Shown in pieces: positions 9,351 to 17,560 of a DNA stretch of 35,825 nucleotides. Under the pieces are notes generated by a model. That model saw only the letters and a program-made list of their open reading frames with translations. It had not been told where the DNA came from and searched no databases. The DNA lies in IMG/VR virus record IMGVR_UViG_3300026848_000012, positions 1 through 35,825 of that record; one strand, written 5' to 3'. The stretch comes from a virus (Duplodnaviria > Caudoviricetes). Both the position numbers and the translations under genes were made by a program. Each line of letters opens with the position of its first letter. The first letter of the stretch is position 1.

Positions 9351-9688
9351 CCATGGGCATGAACGCCACCACCGGCCGCCAGTTAGAGGGCCTCGACCAT
9401 ATCCGCCAAAGCGTGGCCGATGTCATCACCACGCCCATCGGCTCCCGCGTCATGCGCCGCGACTACGGCAGCCTGGTGCCGGAGCTGCTCGACATGCCCA
9501 TGAATGACGCCCTGTTGATGCAGGTTTATGCCGCCACCGTGATTGCCGTCTCACGCTGGGAACCGCGCCTGCGCATTACCGGCACCCGCCGCACGGTCAG
9601 CACCCAACAGCCCGGCGCTGTGGTGATCGAGCTACAAGGCAAAACCACCGAAGGCACCCCCATCAACGTAGGAGTGCCCATCGCATGA
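9347..9688 (+). CDS. W: Baseplate gpW (gp25-like)
   Basis: GMNATTG, HIRQSVADVITTPIGSRVMRRDYGS, WEPR. Confidence 0.95.
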   Translation: MTMGMNATTGRQLEGLDHIRQSVADVITTPIGSRVMRRDYGSLVPELLDMPMNDALLMQVYAATVIAVSRWEPRLRITGTRRTVSTQQPGAVVIELQGKTTEGTPINVGVPIA

Positions 9689-10581
9689 TTAGCCCCATTG
9701 ACCTTTCGCAGCTACCCGCGCCTAACGTCGTCGAGCCGCTGGACTATGAAACGATCCTAGCCGAGCGCAAGGCACGGCTGATCGCGCTTCACCCCGAAGA
9801 GGAACGGGAAGCCGTGACCGAGCTGCTTGCGCTGGAATCCGAACCCACGGTCAAGCTACTGCAGGAGAACGCCTACCGCGAGCTGCTGCTACGCCAGCGC
9901 ATCAATGAAGCCGCCCGCGCGGTGATGATCGCCTTTGCCAACGATGAAGACCTCGACCAGCTTGGAGCCAACCTCAACGTGAAGCGCCTGGTGCTGGACG
10001 CAGGCGACCCCACCGCCATTCCGCCGGTACCGCCCACCCTGGAAAAAAACCGCGACTACCGCGCCCGCATCCAGTTGGCGTTTGAAGGGTTATCGGTGGC
10101 GGGGCCAAGCGGGGCCTACGAGTATCAGGCCATCAGCGCCCACCCCAGCGTGTTAGATGTCTCGGTCGCCAGCCCAGAGCCGGTAGAGGTCGTGCTTACC
10201 ATTCTCTCCCGCGAAGCCGGTGGCCAGCCCAGCCAAGCGGTGCTAGAGGCCGTGCGAAAACGCGTGGATGAGCGCCGCCCATTGACGGATCGCGTCACCG
10301 TGCAGGCCGCCACCCTGCTTCCGTTTAGCATCACAGCGGTGTTGGCCCTGCGCACCGGCCCCGACCCCGCCGTGATTCGTGAGCAGGCCCGGCAACAGCT
10401 CGCGGCATACGTGGAAGCCCGCCACCGGCTGGGGGCGTGGATCACCCGTTCAGGCGTTCACGCCGCCCTCACCGTGGAAGGCGTCGAGCGCATCACGTTG
10501 GACGGCTTTAGCGAGATCATCGCCGCACAGCACCAAGCGCCGCACTGCACCGGAATAATGCTGCAGACGGAGGGCGTATGA
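9685..10581 (+). CDS. J: Baseplate gpJ
   Basis: IDLSQLPAPNVVEPLDYE, LESEP, LSVAGPSGAYEY, RPLTDRV. Confidence 0.95.
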   Translation: MISPIDLSQLPAPNVVEPLDYETILAERKARLIALHPEEEREAVTELLALESEPTVKLLQENAYRELLLRQRINEAARAVMIAFANDEDLDQLGANLNVKRLVLDAGDPTAIPPVPPTLEKNRDYRARIQLAFEGLSVAGPSGAYEYQAISAHPSVLDVSVASPEPVEVVLTILSREAGGQPSQAVLEAVRKRVDERRPLTDRVTVQAATLLPFSITAVLALRTGPDPAVIREQARQQLAAYVEARHRLGAWITRSGVHAALTVEGVERITLDGFSEIIAAQHQAPHCTGIMLQTEGV

Positions 10582-11300
10582 CCGACCTACTGCCTCCTAA
10601 CCGCACCGCGCTGGAAGCGCGCCTGGCCGCCTCGCATCCGCTCGCACTACCGGTACCGCTGCGCACGTTGTGGAACCCGGCCACCTGCCCGGCGCACTGC
10701 CTGCCGTTTTTAGCCTGGGCGTTCTCAGTCGACCAGTGGCACGAGTCCTGGCCGGAAAGCATCAAACGCCGTGTGATTGCCAACAGCGCCGAGCTTCACC
10801 GCATCAAAGGCACCCGCCCAGCGGTGGAGCTCGCCATGGAATCCCTTGGGGTAGAAGTCGAGCTCACCGAGTGGTTCGAGGCCACCCCCTATCTGCCACG
10901 GGGCACCTTCAGCACGTTGTTATGGGTGAATGAGAACCTCACGCCCGAGGCCCCGGCACTGCTCAGCGACACGCTCTACACCCAGCTACGCCAAGCTATC
11001 GACAACGCCAAGAACACCCGCAGCCACTACACCTTCAAGGTGGGTGCTAAATACACCGCAGGCATCGGGGCGGCCAGCGCCGTAAAAAGCGCCGCCGTTC
11101 GACGCGACACCGCCCACGCCATCACACCGCCGCTTCGCGCCCAAAGCCACCTCGGCGCGGCGGCCGTACAGCGCTCGGCAGCGGTATCACGCTGGGCGGC
11201 CGCCGCCACCCAAACCCCCGCGTTATCCACCCCGCTTGCCGTGGCATGCACCTTTCGCGCTACGGCGGTGGCCCGTTACCCCATGGAGGCCCCCGCATGA
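10578..11300 (+). CDS. I: Tail protein gpI with Ala-rich C-terminal extension
   Basis: LLPPN, LWNPATCP, LPFLAWAFSVDQW, HRIKGT, EWFE. Confidence 0.92.
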   Translation: MTDLLPPNRTALEARLAASHPLALPVPLRTLWNPATCPAHCLPFLAWAFSVDQWHESWPESIKRRVIANSAELHRIKGTRPAVELAMESLGVEVELTEWFEATPYLPRGTFSTLLWVNENLTPEAPALLSDTLYTQLRQAIDNAKNTRSHYTFKVGAKYTAGIGAASAVKSAAVRRDTAHAITPPLRAQSHLGAAAVQRSAAVSRWAAAATQTPALSTPLAVACTFRATAVARYPMEAPA

Positions 11301-11824
11301 CGGCCCTTGTTCCCACCCTCACCCTCGCCGGGCTAAACGCCGTGTTCAATGCCCAAGGCGATGGCCTGCAAGCCCGCATCACCCATATTGTGCTGGGCGA
11401 CCAAGGCCGCACGCCCAGCCCTTCCCACACACGCCTGGGCAACCAGCGCCGCCGCATTGCCATTGCCGACGGCGAAAAAACCGCCGACCGACAGCTACAC
11501 GTCACCGGCGTGGTGGATGGCGATGGCCCAGAGTTCTGGGTGCGGGAAGTCGGCTTTGAACTGGAAGACGGCACGCTGCTGGCCATCTGGTCGAGCACCC
11601 AGCCGCTGGCCTACGTCTCCAACAACGTGCCGCTGCTGTTGGCGTTCGATTTACGCCTGGATGCCCTACCGGCCAATGCCGTCACCCTCGTGACCACCGG
11701 GGCCAACCTGTCACTGGCAGCCTGGGGGGAACAGTACACCGCCAATGCCGCCGCCACCGTCGACAACATGGCCCGTCACGTGGGCTTGCTGTTTCGTGTC
11801 ATGGAACTTGAGAAGCAAGCATGA
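11297..11824 (+). CDS. Tail-collar/fibre N-terminal (baseplate attachment) protein, stand-alone
   Basis: LTLAGL, ITHIVLGD, FWVREVG..LEDGTLLA resemble the N-terminal domain of P2-type fibres; ATG 11297 with GGAGG RBS. Confidence 0.75.
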   Translation: MTALVPTLTLAGLNAVFNAQGDGLQARITHIVLGDQGRTPSPSHTRLGNQRRRIAIADGEKTADRQLHVTGVVDGDGPEFWVREVGFELEDGTLLAIWSSTQPLAYVSNNVPLLLAFDLRLDALPANAVTLVTTGANLSLAAWGEQYTANAAATVDNMARHVGLLFRVMELEKQA

Positions 11825-12180
11825 GCACCCAGGCCCCCACGCTCACCATGATCGCGGGCACCACTTACCGCTTTAGCGCGGTCTGGGCCAGCGACGACAC
11901 CCAGGCGACGCCGATCAACCTCACCGGCTGCGAAGCGCGTTTTGTGGTGGCCAGCCACCAGGGGGAAGCGCTGCTCACCTGCGAGACAGGTAATGGCATC
12001 GAACTGGAGCCAGAAGAAGGCGGCATCCTCCTGCACCTTCGCCCCGAGCAAACCGCTGGCCCCATCGCCCCCCACTGGGCAGGCGCCCGGTACGAGCTGC
12101 GCATCACCTTCCCCAACGGCGATGTGTTCAGCCTGCTGCAAGGACGCTTTCAGCTGCAGCCGGGGGTGATCCATGACTAA
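11821..12180 (+). CDS. Small beta-rich tail/baseplate protein (BppU-N-like)
   Basis: PINLTG and YELRIT..G....LLQG pattern; ATGA coupling. Confidence 0.6.
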   Translation: MSTQAPTLTMIAGTTYRFSAVWASDDTQATPINLTGCEARFVVASHQGEALLTCETGNGIELEPEEGGILLHLRPEQTAGPIAPHWAGARYELRITFPNGDVFSLLQGRFQLQPGVIHD

Positions 12181-12427
12181 CGCCACACGCCTCACCATCA
12201 CCATGCCCGCTCGCAGCGTCACCGTGCGCCTGCCCGCACCTCAGCGCTTTCAGGTGATTAGCCACGGCTTACAAGGGCCACCCGGCACTTTATCGCCCGA
12301 GGTACTGCAGCAGGTCGCCAGCGCCCACCAAGCCGCCCAACAGCTAGGCATCTTGATGAACGCCTTAACCGATGCCATCCGCCACCACGGCGGTGTGATG
12401 GCGGCCCAAGAGGACACCACTCCATGA
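12173..12427 (+). CDS. Small tail-fibre-associated protein
   Basis: Overlapping-coupled ORF; short GLQGPPG collagen-like motif. Confidence 0.55.
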   Translation: MTNATRLTITMPARSVTVRLPAPQRFQVISHGLQGPPGTLSPEVLQQVASAHQAAQQLGILMNALTDAIRHHGGVMAAQEDTTP

Positions 12428-12783
12428 GTTTTGACGAGAATCTGATCGCGCTACGCCAAGCCGTCACCCACACGCTAGGGGTGATCGACGGAAAGCTGCG
12501 CAACAAAGCCAACAAAACCGATGTGATGACACCCGCGCAGGTCGACCAGCGCATTCAAACGCTGATCGGTGCCGCCCCGGAAACCCTCGACACCCTGGCC
12601 GAGATCGCCGAGGCGCTGGGCAACAACCCCAACTTTGCCGCCACCATCACCGAACAGCTCGGCACCAAGGCCACCAAAACCCAGCACGCCGCGCTGGAAG
12701 CCCAACTCAGCGAAGCCCTCACCGCGCTCACCGACGCCTTCACCCAAGGCGCGGCCACCATCCAAAACGCCACCCAGGAGTAA
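12424..12783 (+). CDS. Tail-fibre segment protein
   Basis: APETLDTLAEIAEALGNNPNFAAT motif typical of P2 gpH-type fibres. Confidence 0.75.
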   Translation: MSFDENLIALRQAVTHTLGVIDGKLRNKANKTDVMTPAQVDQRIQTLIGAAPETLDTLAEIAEALGNNPNFAATITEQLGTKATKTQHAALEAQLSEALTALTDAFTQGAATIQNATQE

Positions 12784-12786
12784 CCG

Positions 12787-13626
12787 ATGAGCCTTGAAAG
12801 CCAAATCGCCGCGCTCGTCAGCGCCGCCAACAGCCTCACCAGCCAAGTCGCTGGGAAGATGAACCAGATTGATCAGAAAGTGGATCAGGCAACAGCTGCG
12901 GTCCCCGACGCGGTCAAGAAACTGTCGCGACAGACCTTTTATGTCGATGCTGAATACGGCGATGACAACCACTCGGGTACCAAAGAAACCGAAGCATTAA
13001 AGACTATCAAAGGGATTGGTAGGCACGCAGCAAGCGGTGCAGAAATAGTGATCTATCTAAAGGCAGGACAAACCCATGAAGTTAAAGGGTTTGGTTTCTA
13101 CCTCTCCACCGGGATGATTGGTTTTTACGCATGGGGAGACTATGCAACTCTTGGCAAACCGGAAATTAAATTTTCTCCTGAGTATGACCAAGCCAATAAC
13201 TACTACCGTGGTTACGTAGTTGGTTTATCCACTGGCAACATCCTGACTCGCTTCTGTGACCTAACGGTAGATTTTGACGCTTCAAAAGGGGTGTTAAATA
13301 CGCAAACCTCTTTTTGGGCCTACTCCAATAGCGCCATTTCAATAGTCATGCACCAGGCGGCGATCAAGCTTAGAAACGCACCTTTGATCGCGGCCTACAG
13401 CGGTTACTCAGGGCGTGACATCTATTTATCACTGTGCAGTATCGAAGTCATTGAGAACGTGTCGGGGCATGCGCAACTTGTCAAAAACCGCAATGGCACA
13501 CACCACACGCTCAAACTGGACGTTTACGCCACTAACTTAATAGGCAGTATCACTTGGCGGGATTTAATCAACATCTATCCAGACAACCGAAACATATTAA
13601 CGAACCTTGACCTAACAGCTATTTAA
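12787..13626 (+). CDS. Putative receptor-binding tail spike/fibre
   Basis: N-terminal coiled coil, FYVD...GDD..SG....LKTI motif, then a beta-rich, AT-richer C-terminal part. Confidence 0.65.
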   Translation: MSLESQIAALVSAANSLTSQVAGKMNQIDQKVDQATAAVPDAVKKLSRQTFYVDAEYGDDNHSGTKETEALKTIKGIGRHAASGAEIVIYLKAGQTHEVKGFGFYLSTGMIGFYAWGDYATLGKPEIKFSPEYDQANNYYRGYVVGLSTGNILTRFCDLTVDFDASKGVLNTQTSFWAYSNSAISIVMHQAAIKLRNAPLIAAYSGYSGRDIYLSLCSIEVIENVSGHAQLVKNRNGTHHTLKLDVYATNLIGSITWRDLINIYPDNRNILTNLDLTAI

Positions 13627-13638
13627 GGAGCCTATAGC

Positions 13639-14112
13639 ATGATAATTAGCTTTGTATCTCATAACGGCAACTCGTACTGGAATGTGGACTCAGCAGCAAC
13701 CACACTGCCAACCGATGTCATCCTGTACGCAGGCCAGCAAAAGCTAAACCAGCACATCGACACCGCCGCCGGAGCCGCCCGCGCCGCCTTCGTCAGCCCA
13801 GGGAGCTACATCGACCAAGAGTACCTGCTGGCCAAGCAAGAAGCCGCGGCGTGGCTAGAAGGCGGCAAAGACGAAAGCGCCATTCCATCGAGCGTGCAAG
13901 ACCACATCGATATGTTCGGTGTGAGTGCCGACGCCGCCGCTACCGATATCGTCGCCACGGCAGAAGCGTGGGAAACGGCGTTGCGCGAGATTCGCCAGCT
14001 ACGGCTAGGCGGAAAAGCAGCGGTCAGCCGTGCCGAAACGATTGAGGAGGCCGAGGCAGTGGCCGAACAGGCGATTGAGCAGTTGAATCGGTATCGGCCG
14101 CCTGAAGCATAA
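13639..14112 (+). CDS. Putative tail fibre assembly/chaperone protein
   Basis: AAGGAG RBS; directly after the receptor-binding gene; helical IDTAAGAAR..EY..A..EA..W, IRQLRL.GK. Confidence 0.65.
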   Translation: MIISFVSHNGNSYWNVDSAATTLPTDVILYAGQQKLNQHIDTAAGAARAAFVSPGSYIDQEYLLAKQEAAAWLEGGKDESAIPSSVQDHIDMFGVSADAAATDIVATAEAWETALREIRQLRLGGKAAVSRAETIEEAEAVAEQAIEQLNRYRPPEA

Positions 14113-14132
14113 TCAATACGCCGGAACGAACC

Positions 14133-14155
14133 AAGCCCGCTAAATAGCGGGCTTT
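14133..14155. terminator. Probable bidirectional intrinsic terminator
   Basis: AAGCCCGCTA-aa-TAGCGGGCTT inverted repeat between convergent genes. Confidence 0.75.
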
Positions 14156-14182
14156 GGCATATCAATTCAAACACTGCTCTTC

Positions 14183-15082
14183 TTACTTTAATCTTTGGTG
14201 CTTGCTGGCAACCAGCTCACCAATTTTTTGCCATTCCCGAAGAATACCATCCGTTTGACTGTAGTCGCTTTTAAGCTTCAATAAATCAGAACCTTTCAAA
14301 GCAAAGCTATCACCTTTACCCAACAAAAAAGCTTGATAACAATGAAAATAAAAACTTCCCCCATGCCCTCTTATTTCCACAGCCATCATTTCCACCTCAA
14401 AATAAACACTTAACTCATCAGAAGCCTCAATTTGATCACAAGCAAATTTATACACAATTTCTATAGGTCTAAAAAATCTTTCAACAAAGCTCTCAATTTC
14501 ATCAACAGGACAAGACTCAAAAATGCAAATAAGAACATTCGGGTTTTTTATTATATTTAAAACACCTCTACCATCGTAGTCAAAAGCACCTGAGAAATTC
14601 TCATAAATTGTCGACTCTGTCGATTGGTATGGATGTATCTTACTAGTCGGCCACCCCTTGAAAGATTTTATCAAGGCAGGTGATATTTCCTTAACACTAC
14701 TATAAGCGAGGTTAATTTTTTGACTATTTTCAAAAGCCCTATTTTGCTTTTCAACTTGGTCTATCTGGCGTCGCTGTTCTGTCAGCATTTCATCCTGACT
14801 ATCAATCAGCGCTTGCTGCTGCCCTAGCGTTCTTACAAGCACAATCAGCGTAGCGACTACTGCAGTCACACCCACTGTCCCAGAAAGATACGTTGCGAAA
14901 TGTGCCCAGTCTTCTGTTTTGGGTGAAAACCAACGGCCATGAAAATTCACAGCATAGACAATTATAAAAGCGCCTGAGATTAATAGAACCTCTCCAAATA
15001 TCCAGTCATCCGTGATCTTGCTAAATAGCCACTGCTTTTTGGTTTCTTTTTTTTGACGCTTAGTTTTTGATAAGCCCACCAC
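14183..15082 (-). CDS. AT-rich moron: membrane protein with two TM helices, coiled coil and soluble domain
   Basis: 299-aa ORF antisense to the tail genes; hydrophobic segments ~aa28-46 and 63-83, Gln-rich coil. Confidence 0.8.
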   Translation of the reverse strand: MVGLSKTKRQKKETKKQWLFSKITDDWIFGEVLLISGAFIIVYAVNFHGRWFSPKTEDWAHFATYLSGTVGVTAVVATLIVLVRTLGQQQALIDSQDEMLTEQRRQIDQVEKQNRAFENSQKINLAYSSVKEISPALIKSFKGWPTSKIHPYQSTESTIYENFSGAFDYDGRGVLNIIKNPNVLICIFESCPVDEIESFVERFFRPIEIVYKFACDQIEASDELSVYFEVEMMAVEIRGHGGSFYFHCYQAFLLGKGDSFALKGSDLLKLKSDYSQTDGILREWQKIGELVASKHQRLK

Positions 15083-15117
15083 TCTACCCCCTCAGTCTTG
15101 TTAACCTTTATTCTGCC

Positions 15118-15178
15118 TTGTCCCCCGCTCCCCGCACAACGCCCGCCGCTACCCCTTCGCGCGATGCCCGCCCACCAT
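15118..15178 (+). promoter_or_regulatory. Late promoter of FI operon
   Basis: TTGT-N14-ACAA at 15118-15139; -10-like CACCAT at 15173-15178; strong similarity to the V promoter. Confidence 0.8.
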
Positions 15179-15220
15179 GGCAACTCTCAGCACACTCTGA
15201 ACCTGCGCAGGAGCCAAGCC

Positions 15221-16396
15221 ATGGCAGACCAATTCCACCGGGGCGTTCGTGTCATTGAAGTGAACGAAGGCAGCCGACCTATTCGCACCCTCAGCACCGC
15301 CGTGATCGGCATGGTGGCCACCGCCCCCGAAGCTGACCCCATCGCCTTTCCACTGAATACCCCGGTGCTGGTCACCGACCCTTACGCCGCCATGGGTAAC
15401 GCCGGGGCAGGCGGCACGCTACGCCGCTCGCTGGCGGCCATCGTTAGCGAAACCCGCGCCCTTTGCGTCGTCGTGCGCGTAGCAGAAGGCGACACTGAAA
15501 GCGAAACCACCACCAACCTCATTGGCGGCGTCGACCCAGCCACTGGCCAAAAGCTCGGCATGCAGGCACTCACCGCCGCCGAAACCCGGCTCGGCGTGAA
15601 GCCGCGCATCCTCGGCGTACCGGAGCTTGATAACGAAAGCGTGGCCAGCGAACTGGCAGGCATTGCACAGCAGCTACGCGCTTTCGCCTACGTCTCTGCG
15701 TTTGAGTGCAACACCAAAGAAGAAGCCCGCATGTACCGGGAAAATTTCGGCCAGCGCGAAGTGATGGTGCTGTGGCCCAACTGGCAAGCCTTCGATACCG
15801 AGGCAGGCGACACCCGCCCCCTCTCAGCGGTGGCCAAAGCGCTCGGCCTGCGTGCCCGGTTAGATAGCGAAGTGGGCTGGCATAAAACCCTCTCCAACAT
15901 CGCCGTGAATGGCGTTACCGGCATTACCCACGACCTCTCCTGGGACCTGCAAAACCCCGCGACCGATGCGGGCTACCTGAACGAAGCCGATGTCACCACG
16001 CTGATCAACAAAAGCGGCTTCCGCTTCTGGGGCTCCCGTACCTGTGCTGAAGATCCGCAGTTTGCCTTTGAGTCCTACACCCGCACCGCCCAAGTGCTCG
16101 CCGACACCGTGGCCGAAGCCCATTTATGGGCCATTGATAAGCCCATGAACCCCAGCCTGGTGCGCGACATCATCGAAGGCCTGAACGCCAAGTTCCGCGA
16201 GCTCACCCGCCGCGGCTACATCCTCGGCGGCTCCGCCTGGTTCGATGACACCCTGAACAGCCAAGACGTGCTCAAGGGCGGAAAGCTCTACATCGATTAC
16301 GACTACACCCCCGTGCCGCCGCTGGAAAACCTCACCCTGCAGCAGCGCATCACCGACCGTTATCTGTTGGATTTTGCCGACCGCGTCGCCGCCTAA
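15221..16396 (+). CDS. FI: Tail sheath protein gpFI
   Basis: [48 protein letters not shown]; AGGAG RBS before ATG 15221. Confidence 0.96.
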   Translation: MADQFHRGVRVIEVNEGSRPIRTLSTAVIGMVATAPEADPIAFPLNTPVLVTDPYAAMGNAGAGGTLRRSLAAIVSETRALCVVVRVAEGDTESETTTNLIGGVDPATGQKLGMQALTAAETRLGVKPRILGVPELDNESVASELAGIAQQLRAFAYVSAFECNTKEEARMYRENFGQREVMVLWPNWQAFDTEAGDTRPLSAVAKALGLRARLDSEVGWHKTLSNIAVNGVTGITHDLSWDLQNPATDAGYLNEADVTTLINKSGFRFWGSRTCAEDPQFAFESYTRTAQVLADTVAEAHLWAIDKPMNPSLVRDIIEGLNAKFRELTRRGYILGGSAWFDDTLNSQDVLKGGKLYIDYDYTPVPPLENLTLQQRITDRYLLDFADRVAA

Positions 16397-16433
16397 CCGC
16401 CGCCCAACATCACGCAAGCCATAGGAGTCACGA

Positions 16434-16943
16434 ATGCTACCCAACATCCTCAAAGATTTTAATTTGTTCGGCGACGGCAACAACTGGCAGGGCATGGTCC
16501 CCGAGCTAACGCTGCCCGAACTCGCCCGCCGCATGGTCGAGTACGAAGGCGGCGGCATGGAAGGCCCGGTCGAAGTCGACCATGGCAACGAACTGCAGGT
16601 ATTTGAATGGACGCTCGGCGGCATGACCGTCGATGGCCTCTTCGACACTTACGGCAGCCCCGTACACGACGCCGCCATGCTGCGCTTCACCGGCTCTTAC
16701 GAATCCGACGAAGACGGCGGCACCATTCCCGTCGAGATCGTCATGCGCGGCCGCCATAAAACCATCGACCTAGGCGAGGCAAGCAAAGGCGACAACAACC
16801 AAATCAGCATCACCACCACGCTGACGTACTTCAAGCTCACCGTCGACGGCGAAGAGATCATCGAACGCGACGTGCCCGGTTACGTGTTCATCGTGCGCGG
16901 CGTAGACCGACTCGCCGAGCGCCGCCGCAATCTAGGCCTGTAA
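16434..16943 (+). CDS. FII: Tail tube protein gpFII
   Basis: LPNILKDFNLFGDG, LRFTGSY, YFKLTVDG, GVDRLAERRRNLGL. Confidence 0.95.
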   Translation: MLPNILKDFNLFGDGNNWQGMVPELTLPELARRMVEYEGGGMEGPVEVDHGNELQVFEWTLGGMTVDGLFDTYGSPVHDAAMLRFTGSYESDEDGGTIPVEIVMRGRHKTIDLGEASKGDNNQISITTTLTYFKLTVDGEEIIERDVPGYVFIVRGVDRLAERRRNLGL

Positions 16944-17006
16944 GCCCACCAACTACCAACGGCCGCCGCCGGCGGCCAAACACCTCACCCATAGGAACGC
17001 ACCACC

Positions 17007-17369
17007 ATGACCGACAAGACCGAAAGCCAAAGTACCGACACCCAAGCCAACGAAATGACCGTGGTGGGTAGCACAGCCCCCGGCGTACCTACCGAAACCG
17101 TCGAGCTGGAAACCCCGCTGCAGCGTGGCAAAACCCTGGTGAAAGAGATCACCGTGCGCAAGCCGATGTCCGGCGGTATGCGCGGCGTCAGCTTGGTGGA
17201 CATCATGAACCTGGACGTGGCCGCCCTCACCAAAGTCATGCCCCGCATTACCACGCCCGCGCTCACCGAAGCCGAGCTGAAAACCATGGACATCGTGGAT
17301 CTCGTGCAACTCGGCACGGCGCTGAACGGTTTTTTAACCCCAAAGAAATTCAAGGAAATCGAAGCCTAG
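17007..17369 (+). CDS. E: Tail assembly chaperone gpE
   Basis: LETPLQRG, RKP..G.MRGVSL, PRIT.P.LT. Confidence 0.92.
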   Translation: MTDKTESQSTDTQANEMTVVGSTAPGVPTETVELETPLQRGKTLVKEITVRKPMSGGMRGVSLVDIMNLDVAALTKVMPRITTPALTEAELKTMDIVDLVQLGTALNGFLTPKKFKEIEA

Positions 17370-17539
17370 CGCTGCCCGAGTTCGTCGAAGACGCCATGGC
17401 GGATCTCGCCATGGTGTTCCACTGGGAACCGCAAGCCATGGACGGCATGGAACTCGAAGAACTCATGGAATGGCGCGAACGCGCCCGCAAACGCCACGAA
17501 GGCAGCAAGCCAAAGGGTGGCAAGCAAGGCAAAAAGTAA
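17330..17539 (+). CDS. E': gpE' extension, reached by -1 frameshift at the T6 run (E+E' = 17007-17539)
   Basis: T6 at 17330-17335; -1 frame reads VEDAMADLAMVFHWEPQAMDGMELEELMEWRERARKR to TAA 17537-17539. Confidence 0.88.
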   Translation, partial: FFNPKEIQGNRSLALPEFVEDAMADLAMVFHWEPQAMDGMELEELMEWRERARKRHEGSKPKGGKQGKK

Positions 17540-17560
17540 GGCAGCAAATAGGGAAAGCCG

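Noticed and set aside
17370-17539. E' as a pseudogene or independent ORF
   Set aside because: Explained by the known P2-type programmed frameshift
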